From: Octopus sinensis
Lineage: Eukaryota
NCBI RefSeq assembly: GCF_006345805.1
Contig: NW_021835642.1
Location: 1 to 33,606 of the forward strand
DNA: 33,606 nt
Reading direction: 5' to 3'
This document shows positions 24,546-33,606 of the stretch, piece by piece. The notes beneath the pieces were generated by a model. It saw nothing but the letters and a program-made list of their open reading frames with translations, was not told the origin of the DNA and made no database searches. Positions within the stretch are counted from its first letter, which is position 1, and each line of letters starts with the position of its first letter. A program made the position numbers and the translations under genes.

Positions 24546-25080
24546 TAATATAATAATTCTTTCTGCTAAAGGCAGAATGACTTAAATTTTTTTGGGAGGA
24601 GACAAATCAATTACATTGATCCCAGTCTTACACTGGTACTTAATATATCAACCCCAAAATGATAAAAGGCAAAGTCGACCTCAGCGGAATTTGAACTCAG
24701 AGCGTAAAGCCAGATGAAATTATTATTGTTAGCATTTCACCCAGTGTAGTATTGATTCTGCCAGCTCTCTACCTTAATAATAACAATAATAATAATAATA
24801 ATAATGATAATGATGATGATGGTGGTGGTGGTGGTGGTGGTGGTGGTGGTAGTGGTGTTGGTGTTGGTGGTGGTGGTGGTGGTGGTGGTAGTGGTGGTGG
24901 TGGTGGTGGTGGTGGTGGTGGTGGTGGTGGTGGTGGTGGTTGTGGTGGTGGTGTGGTAGTGGTGGTGGTGGTGGTGGTGATGATGATGATGATGATGATG
25001 GCAATAATAATCTTTTCTACTATAGGTACAAGGCCTGAAATTTTGGTGGAAGGGGGCTATTGATTTGATCGACTCCAGTA
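23990..25080 (-). mobile_element. Head-to-tail cluster of about five SINE family D copies, several separated by (AAT)n/(GGT)n
   Basis: Recurrent ctggtacttaatttatcgaccccgaaaggatgaaa.gcaaagtcgacctc.gcggaatttgaac...ctaacgattctgccagctc. The minus head has A box tggcagaatcgtt and B box gttcaaattcc. Confidence 0.88.
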
Positions 25081-25168
25081 ACAAAGTGTCTTTGGTAGCA
25101 TCAACCATAAATGGCAGCTGGTTACCATACAGCAAAAGAAGATTTTCAAGAATGTGACATTTCTCCGA

Positions 25169-25211
25169 AACCCCAACCCTAACCCCAACCCTAACCCTAA
25201 AACCTAACCCT
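25169..25211. repeat. Interstitial telomere-like (CCCTAA)n, ~7 degenerate units
   Basis: aaccccaaccctaaccccaaccctaaccctaaaacctaaccct. Confidence 0.85.
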
Positions 25212-25964
25212 GAATTTAAAATCCTCAACATCTTCGGTGGTTGACACCGAAATATGTTAATTCCATTACTTTCTAGTCCTTGGACCGCAGGGGACAAATA
25301 TAAATGACCGTAACAAATGACCCTTGTGTATTTTTTATTTTATTTCATTCTGACCCCTTTTCTGGTCAACGAATTGTTGTTGTTGCTGTTGTTGTTTGTT
25401 TCTTTTTGTGATCTTTGCAGTTGTCTTTGTCAGATGGTATGTATCATGTGCCTCCTCAAGAGATGCCTTAACCCCACTTGCTCCCATTTCAGGGTCCGGA
25501 GTGCTGTGACGTACAGCGAGCATTGAAATCCCTTGTTGACCATTATAGACAAATAGACAGACAGAGCAAGGCTCTCTGGGTCTGTTTGTCTGTCAAATTT
25601 GAGCAAAAACAGGCAGACAATAGTGTGTTGATGAATATTTAACGCTTTGCGATAATTTGCAGGCGTTTTGCGTGTCTTGTGGTAAGGGGAGGGTGTTATT
25701 AGGGAGTGTGCCTTTCAAAAGTGAAAGTAAGAGTGATAGTTGGAGTAGATATGTGTGTGTGTGCATTTACGAGGGAGAGAGAGAGAGAGAGAGAGAGAGG
25801 CGGAGGAGCATGAAAGGTGATGGGAGAGAGGAAAGAAAAGATTATTGTCTAATACCAGGTCAGACTGAACCAATTAGATTTATAATTAATCAAAAACATT
25901 CTGGTCTTGATCATTGATGTCTAATATTGTTTTCTCTGCTTCAGGATTGATACAAGAAGTGAAA

Positions 25965-27030
25965 GACTGGAATCGATTTACCATTCCTACAAAACATCCA
26001 AAATGGGAACTGAATTAAAACAAAAGACTGTGACTAAATTTACTTGTCAATAAAGTACCAGTGATATATAGGGGGAACTTTGATATTCCTATAAAACATC
26101 CAAGATGTGAATGGACTCATTATAGATTAACTTTATGCTCCAGTCTTGTAAAATAAAGCAGCAGTGAAATACTGGGGTAGATTTAATATTCCTATAAAAC
26201 ATCTGAAATGTGAATGGAAATATAACGGAAGACTAACACTAACTTTATCTTTCATCCTTCTGGGGTTAATAAAATAAAATAGCAGTGAAATACTGGGGTA
26301 GATTTAATATGCCTTTAAAATATCCTAGATGTGAATGGAATTATAATAGATGACTAAAACTAGCTTACTATTCTATATCTTTGGAATGAGGAATTATGTA
26401 AGTTATTTACATTGGAGGGATAGGTGTTCTCACTTTGTTGTTATCACAACGTTTCGGCTGTTGTACTTTCCAACCATCATCAGGTGTTTTGGTGGAATTT
26501 GAACCCAGAGCGTAAAGGCATTTTGCCTAGTGTGCTAACAATTCTGCCAGACAAATTCGACAGATTTAAAGGTTGGATTCGAAATTAACAGAACACCTGA
26601 TATATGATAGAAATATAATAAGTACATCAGCAGAAACGTTGTGATAACAACAAAGAAGGTGAGGACACCTATTTGTCCATTGTAAATAATGTAAAACTAA
26701 CTTTGCCTTTCATCCTTCTGGTGTTGATGAAATAAAGTAGCAATGAAATTCTGGGTCAGACTGAATATTTGTATAAAACATCCAAGATGTCAATGGAATT
26801 ATAGTAGAAGACTAAGACCTACTTTAAGTAAGTCCTTCTGGTGTTGGTAAAATAAAGTACTCCTAAGATACTGCGGTAGATTGAATATTCCTATAAAGCA
26901 TCCTAGGTGTTGATGGAATTATAATTTCATCCTTCTGAGGTAAATAAAATAAAGTACCAGAGAAATCCTGGTGTAGATTTAATATACCTAGAAAGAATTT
27001 CTAGATGTGAATGGAATTATAATAAAGGAC
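25965..27030 (+). repeat. Tandem minisatellite/satellite, ~100-120 bp unit, ~7 copies, partly SINE-D derived
   Basis: atattcctataaaacatccaagatgtgaatggaattata recurs near 25985, 26086, 26189, 26310, 26769, 26888 and 26985. Units contain ctttgcctttcatccttctgg...ataaagtaccag. Confidence 0.9.
26367..26691. mobile_element. Fold-back HHR element inserted in the satellite with a 12-bp target-site duplication
   Basis: Arms 26403-26488 and 26592-26689. Flanking taaaactagctt (26355-26366) and taaaactaactt (26692-26703). The minus strand of 26443-26488 reads aacac-CTGATGA-t-ggttg..cagcc-GAAA-CG-TT-gtgat. Confidence 0.8.
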
Positions 27031-27060
27031 CATCTGATGTCACTTCATTTTACATAGCTC

Positions 27061-28302
27061 CCGTATTTACTCACCAAACTGGAACGGATTCTCTTCTGCT
27101 TCTTGTGGAAAGAAAGCATTCCAATGGTCAGGCGATCCGTTTGCTGCCAACACCCGCTAAAAGGAGGGCTGGGCGTACCGTGGTTGATAATGCGCAGACA
27201 CGCGCTGAGACTGCAACATCTCCGGCTCTACATCGACGACGGTGAACAGGTGTGGTCGCCGTTTGTGAGGTGCGCTTTCCCGCAGATCGTCTCCATGACT
27301 GAACTGCAGTCGTGGATCAAAAAGTAAGGGCGAATAGCATCGCAAGTGTCGCGTTCCTCTCGAGCCACTATACCGTCCTTGAGCGACTGAATCATCGCGA
27401 AAACATTCTAAAGGGGATTAATAGAGGGGAGGTACGACGACGATCTCGGGGCGAACCTGAGCATCGACGAGGAATACCTGACCCACCTTTTCAAGACGAC
27501 TTTCGGGCCGGAACTTATGGACAACTTCCAGAGATCCCTGGCCTCACATTACTATCGAGAAGCGCTACCCGTTCAGGATAAGCTCTACAGGCATGGCTCG
27601 AGAAACACGGGGCCATATGCCTGGGATGCGGTCAGAGCGACGAAACCGTCCTGCACGCACTCGTGCAGTGTCCAGCAATTTCCGACCTGTGGGCTTATGT
27701 CGAACGACTGCTGTCACGTGTGGGACGTGTCGGTTTATCAGCCGAGTCTATCGTTAATATCGTCACGCCTCCTTCCTTCAAATGGGAAGGAAAAGCTATT
27801 TTCATCATCCTTGTGGCTATGGCGAAAGAATGAATCTGGTGGACGCGTTTGAAAAGCCCAGAGACAAACACTTTCCTCTCTGGTCAAACCTCTCATCAAC
27901 TTTTTCAAGTACCACTTGAAAAGGAAAGTGAGAGTAGAGAGGCAAGTTTTGTCTAGTGAATGTTTCAATAAAAGGTGGGTGAATATAGCAAGGAGGGCAC
28001 GTATGAATGACGAAGCCACCTTGACTATGATTCTATGAACCAGAAAAAGAAAGAAAACAGAAAGAGGGTCACATACTGTAATGTGTTTTTGTAGGACATT
28101 ATTGCCTGAGGTTACCGTGGTCTTTTCCGTAGGCTTTTCTTTCCACGGATAAACCTAATCTATTTCTCTTTTTTGTAACATTTACATTTTCTGTGATACA
28201 CGATCCCTTTCGATCGACGTTTTTTTTCACGATCCCTATGGATCGAATCATGTTTTTTATTTTGTCCCCTCTGTGTTCGACCCTGTGTGGCTAATAAAGA
28301 AA
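27061..28302 (+). mobile_element. 5'-truncated, frameshifted L1/Tx1-clade LINE: ORF2 C-terminus with zf-RVT plus 3' UTR
   Basis: TKLERILFCFLWK...PLKGGLGVP; REALPVQDKL; CLGCGQSDETVLHALVQCPAISDLW (Cx2C...ETx2Hx4C); IWWTR. The ORF ends at 28038, AATAAA is at 28293, and (CTAT)n follows. Confidence 0.9.
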
Positions 28303-28304
28303 CA

Positions 28305-28563
<259 letters not shown>

Positions 28564-29052
28564 GTCAGTCAGTCTGTCTGTCTGTCGCTCTGTATCTATG
28601 CGCGCGTGTGCGTATATATGTTTGTGTGCGTGTGTGTGTGTGTGTGTTGTGAGTGAGTGAGTGTGTGTGTGTGTGATTGAGTGAGTATGTGCGTGTGTGT
28701 GAGTGAGTGTTTGTGTGTGTGTGTGTGTGAGTAAGTGTGTGTGTGTGAGTGTGAGTAAGTGTGTATGAGGGAGTGTGTGTGTATCTGTGACTGTGAGTCT
28801 TTGTGTTTCTGTTTCTTTCCCACCTCTGTCTCAAAAGTGTTGGTTTCTTTATGTCGCCATAATTAAGCAATTTGGCAGAAGAATCCAAGAGAATAAGAAA
28901 CAGACTTTAGATTAATTGTTGGCAACCATTTGATTCCCTAAACCCTTTACAGCGATGCCTCAGCACAACTGCAGTTCAGAGAGGGAAAAAGGAAAGCGAA
29001 CACACACACACACACACATATAGACATGTGTAAGCGCGTATATATATATATA

Positions 29053-29383
29053 TTCTTTTATTCTTTTACTTGTTTCAGTCATTTGACTGCGGCCATGCTG
29101 GAGCACCGCCTTTAGTCGAACAAATCGACCCCAGGACTTATTCTTTGTAAGCCTAGTACTTATTGTATCGGTCTCATTTGAGGTGACGTAAACACACCAG
29201 AATCGGTTGTGGAGCGATGGTACTAGGACAAACACAAACACACACACACGCATATATATATAAGACGGGCTTCTTTTAGTTTCCCTCTATCAAATCCACT
29301 GACAAGGGTTTGGTTGGCACCCAAGGTGCGGAACTCGGGACCATGTGGCTGGAAAACAAGCTACTTACCACACAGCCACTCCT
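29053..29383 (-). mobile_element. SINE family A with internal deletions
   Basis: cttttacttgtttcagtcatttgactgcggccatgctggagcaccgcc...ctacttaccacacagccactcc. Confidence 0.9.
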
Positions 29384-29479
29384 ATGTTATACATATATAT
29401 CATATATATATGTTATGGTATTTAAGTATGCTGGCCACTGATAAATCATTAAATAATGACTTTATCCTAATTACGTATG

Positions 29480-29510
<31 letters not shown>

Positions 29511-29562
29511 ATATGTATGTATGTTTGTATGTATGTATGTAATATATACATACATACATATA

Positions 29563-29595
<33 letters not shown>

Positions 29596-29650
29596 AAGTA
29601 ACCATATGTGAAATGTTGGCGATTTTCTTCGTCCGTCTTCTTTTTCTATT

Positions 29651-29686
29651 GTTTCTGAAGAAGAACATCTGCTCGAAACGTAAAAC
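29651..29686 (+). ncRNA. Very small minimal hammerhead motif (stem III reduced to ACGT)
   Basis: gttt-CTGAAGA-a-gaaca-tc-tgctc-GAAA-CG-TA-aaac, inside a TA-flanked ~190 bp non-microsatellite segment (29598-29795). Confidence 0.6.
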
Positions 29687-30187
29687 CACCTTTCTTTCCT
29701 TCCCTGAGCATCTGCTAATACTTTACATGTACGACGTCCTTGTGTTGTTGTTGTTTTTTTGTGTTTCTTCGTCGTTTTTTTTTCTTTTGAGGATTTATAT
29801 ATTTATATATACACAAACGCACACACGTACACATAGATATTTTCTTGCATTCTTTCTCTTCGGACCGCAGCCATGCTGGGGCGCTGGTATGAAGAGCTGG
29901 GGCTCTGTCAGTCACTTTTGCTGAACCGTTATGGAGTCATAAACACACCAACAAAACAGACAGAAAGAAACATATACATGGAAACTGACCCCCATACATA
30001 TATATACAAACATTTTTCCTCTTCTTGTTTACGTATTTCATGTTGTTTGCACAGTTGGTGTCGTCCTGTACTCATATATGCACATGTATATATGTGTGTG
30101 TGTATATATATATATTATTTTTTACATATATGCATGTGTGTATGTATGTATTTATATATATATATGTGTGTGTGTGTGTGTGGTGTG

Positions 30188-30235
<48 letters not shown>

Positions 30236-30267
30236 TATAACATACATACATATACATATGTATATAT

Positions 30268-30801
30268 GTGTACAGGACATCACCAACGAGTGAAAATTAT
30301 GTAAACACACGAGAAACAAGTATGGGACAAAATACCAAAAGAAGATAACTCGCTCATCAGTTGTCAACCGTGATATTACTCCTTGTTTTGTGCTTTTAAC
30401 AACAAGATAGAAAAACTTCATAAGACAGCAGCATCCAGAAATGTTTAAAATACATACTTTATGGCGAGTTAGGGCTTCGAACGAACAAACAATAACAGAG
30501 TGGACGGACGAATTAAACAATCGACGAAGACAGACATTAAGGGTCGTTAGGCCAAGACGAATTGTAATGTGTAACGCATGGGAGAAATTTTTAAAGGAAA
30601 TAAAATAAATAGAAGAGAAGAAAATAGTAGAAGAGAAAGTAATGTTGGGAAGCGAGAGTAATGACGTCCAGCCCGATGTCCTGCACTTATTGCGTATGCT
30701 TTAGGTATTATGTTCTGTACTTAATGTGTATATTTTTGGTATTTTGTCCTCTATACCTCGTGTGTTCACGTATTTTTCACCTGTTGGTGGCGTCCTGTAC
30801 T
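30268..30801. mobile_element. Element with ~70 bp terminal inverted repeats (GTACAGGAC...GTCCTGTAC) and permuted HHR-like remnant
   Basis: 30269-30340 (gtacaggacatcaccaac.agtgaaaa...acacacgag...ggacaaaataccaaaa) is the reverse complement of 30734-30800. The minus strand of 30349-30393 reads AAAAC-aagga-GTA-N16-CTGATGA. Confidence 0.75.
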
Positions 30802-30826
30802 TAAGGTGTATTATATATATATATAT

Positions 30827-31162
30827 AAAGGGTAAAGGCCCCCTTCGGTCATGAATGACCATGGGATTGCACCTAGAAAGTTACCCTCCTAGACACAAGT
30901 CCGGGCAAGGTTGTTTATGGAAGACCAGCAGTTGCCCATGCTTACCAGCCTCCCCTCTCCACGCCACCAGTGTTATCCAAGGGAAAGACAAAGGACGATA
31001 CAGCTTGGCACCAGTGACGTCGCAACTCATTTCTACAGCTGAGTGAACTGGAGCAACGTGAAGTAAAGTGTCTTGCTCAAGAACACAACACGCAGCCCGG
31101 TCGGATTCGAGCTCACAACCTCACGATCGTAAGCTCGACGCTCTAACCACTGAGCCATGCGC
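30827..31162 (-). mobile_element. SINE with family B head and a different 3' tail, inserted in (TA)n
   Basis: Head ggcgcatggctcagtggttagagcgtcgagcttacgatcgtgaggttgtgagctcgaatcc. 31025-31090 matches 4075-4142; the remainder is unrelated and ends ctttacccttta. Confidence 0.85.
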
Positions 31163-31175
31163 CATATATATATAT

Positions 31176-31206
<31 letters not shown>

Positions 31207-31569
31207 ATATATATAATAATTATATATATATTATATATATATATATATATATTATATAATATATAATATATAATATATTGTATATATAATATATATATAT
31301 ATTAATATATATATATATATATAAATAATATATATATATATATATAATATATAATTTTCTAGATGGTGTAATTTAATTATTTTGAATTGATAAAAGGTGT
31401 TTTTTTTCTAATATTTTATATATATTGTATTGCGTGAAATTTGATTTAGTATTTCTAAATTGAGATCTTTTTCCTTGTAAGTTTGGATTTATTCCATCAA
31501 TAATAATTATATATATATATATATAATATATATATTAATATATATATATATATATATATATTATATTAA

Positions 31570-31756
31570 AAATAATATGTGACAATTATTCGGTAGCCAA
31601 GAGATGGTGTTGTGGATTTCCACCTTGGCATCCGAAACTCAGAGTTTTATCTTGGCTACCGAATAATGGTAACATATTAATTTACAGATAAATTTCCTCT
31701 ATTTACATAATATTGAGGTCCATTTCTTTCTCTTGTTATCTTACTGTTTTTACCAA
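31570..31756. mobile_element. Second copy of the 700-959 fold-back family, opposite orientation, shorter inverted arm
   Basis: taatatgtgacaattattcggtagccaaga (31573-31602) pairs with tcttggctaccgaataatggtaacatatta (31650-31679). The tail is the reverse complement of ~725-780. Confidence 0.88.
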
Positions 31757-32275
31757 TATATATATATAATAAGTGATAGTCTTTTTCTCCAAATTGAATA
31801 AATTTTAGATTTAGATTTTTTCCTTTATTCTAACGTGTCAAAGTACTTGGAACTTATAGACCAACTGTTGTGTTGATGTGCATAGGGTTTGTAAGGTCTC
31901 TGCACTCTCTGTGAATGTTATTGTGACCATTTGACATTGACCTAGTTCTCCTAACGCTGAATCTGTTCATCAAATTGTAGTAATTGGCATTTAGTTGTGA
32001 CAATGCTGTCTTCCACATAAATTCCTTATATGGAGCTATGGCATCCCATTTACCCCATTTCTATGATTAGAAAATCTTTATTGTCTCCTCTCATTTGTTC
32101 TTCCCTCTCAGAACCTTACAGTAGTCTGGATCAACCGAATCTTAGTCAGTCAGTTAATGGGCTCCACTACCTCAAATGTTCTTAAAATTTAAATCCACAT
32201 CTTTGTCTATATATCTACCTTCTCTATAATGTTGCCACTTGATATGAAAATGTTTGTATTATAGGAAAACCTCTA

Positions 32276-32368
32276 TAATTGGCTGATGAGTACTCAGCAT
32301 TTTAAAACTGTTGTAATACTTACAACATTTAATAAAATGATGTAGTACGAAACGATCGTACCAAATTA
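32276..32368 (+). ncRNA. Type I hammerhead ribozyme motif, best-preserved copy
   Basis: taattgg-CTGATGA-gtact..catttta..tgttgtaa-tac-ttacaaca..taaaatg..agtac-GAAAC-gatc-GTA-ccaaatta. All core nucleotides are present. Predicted cleavage after A32360. Confidence 0.85.
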
Positions 32369-32526
32369 CCGGAGTCATTCTTGTTGCTTATTTTGATTAT
32401 AATCACCCCACGGATTATTATGGATAACACCATACAGAATTCTGGTGCATCTAAATTAAGTACCATATTCATTTGAATCTAAATTTTTGCTGAACTTATA
32501 TATATAAATGGATATTTCATTTTTTT

Positions 32527-32852
32527 CTTTTATCTCTTTTACTTGCTTCAGTTATTAAACTGTGGCCATGCTTAGTCGAATAAATTGACCCCACGACTTA
32601 TTAATATTTTTAAAACCTGGCACTTTTTTTGCTGAACCTGTAAGTTACAGGGGTGTAAACATACCAAAACTGGTTAGTGTGTGTGTGTCGGGGGGGGGGC
32701 ACAAAGACACACACATACACATTTATACAATGGGGTTCTGTCTACCAAATCTGATCACAAGGTCTTGTTTGACCTGAGTCTATAGTAGAGGACACTTGAC
32801 CAAGGTGACAAAGGTGAGATTGAACAGGTAACCATGTAGCCATTCATGCGCC
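32527..32852 (-). mobile_element. SINE family A, old diverged copy
   Basis: cttttacttgcttcagt...tggccatgct...ctatagtagaggacacttgaccaaggtg. Confidence 0.8.
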
Positions 32853-32878
32853 TATATATATATATATATATATATATA

Positions 32879-33253
32879 GGCACAGAAGTGGCTGTGTGGT
32901 AAGTAGCTTGCTTAACAACCACATAGTTCCGGGTTCAGTCCCATTGCGTGGCAACTTGGGCAAGTGTCTTCTACTATAGCCTCGGACCGATCAAAGCCTT
33001 GTGAGTGGATTTGGTAGATGGAAACTGAAAGAAGCCCGTCGTATATATGTGTGTGTGTTTGTCTCCCCAACATCGCTTGACAACCGATGCTGGTATGTTT
33101 ACGTCCCCGTAACTTAGCGGTTCGGCAAAAAAGGACGATAGAATAAGTACTAGGCTTGCAAAGAATAAGTCCTGGGGTCGATTTGATCGACTAAAGGCGG
33201 TGCTCCAGCATGGCCACAGTCAAATAACTGAAACAAGTAAAAGAGTAAAAGAG
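32879..33253 (+). mobile_element. SINE family A, full length
   Basis: Colinear with 4238-4668, with a short internal microsatellite. Confidence 0.93.
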
Positions 33254-33606
33254 CATATATATATGTACACATCATATACAAATGGATATACACACACATA
33301 TATATATATATATATATACGTCGTATACAAATGGATATACATATATGTGTGTGTGTATGTGTCTGTGCATTTCCAGGACAACGAAAGATTGGAAAAAGTT
33401 TTAAAAAATACACGAAAAAAAAAACACAAAGACAAAATCTTCCAAACCTCCATCAGAAGGAAAAAACTGAAAAGATATTGAAAGAAAATTCTTGGAGTAA
33501 CAGAGTTGCGATGATTAAAACCGTATTTATACAGGATGTGTTTAACAAAGAACAGGAAGTTGAGCATGCTGGATATCTGGTTGTCATAGCAACATTATGT
33601 ACAGGA

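Noticed and set aside
25925-25990. Splice acceptor-like ttttctctgcttcag
   Set aside because: Leads straight into satellite sequence with no supportable exon.
25965-27030. CRISPR-like repeat/spacer appearance
   Set aside because: Whole units are homologous with no unique spacers, the context is eukaryotic, and there are no cas genes.

Overview
Repeat-saturated, AT-rich animal DNA with no supportable intact host gene. The SINE families and microsatellite load look like an octopus (coleoid cephalopod) genome, but that is recognition from memory, not a search result. Nearly every ORF in the supplied track is a microsatellite translation artefact. The real content is: (1) many tRNA-derived SINEs of at least four families; (2) a 5'-truncated L1/Tx1-clade LINE 3' end with a zf-RVT motif (27061-28302); (3) decayed mariner and APE-endonuclease fragments; (4) a SINE-derived ~100-120 bp satellite; and (5) the most interesting signal, about a dozen short non-coding elements, several fold-back and several (TA)n-flanked, that carry minimal type I hammerhead ribozyme (HHR) motifs of the Penelope-like element (PLE) kind, with covarying stems. 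Two points go beyond the known PLE-HHR picture: a recurrent circularly permuted HHR-like motif with fixed spacing (GAAAY-N5-GTA-N16-CTGANGA, three diverged copies), and tRNA/Pol III heads fused to an HHR-bearing tail. All folding, alignment and translation were done by eye, and boundaries are approximate.
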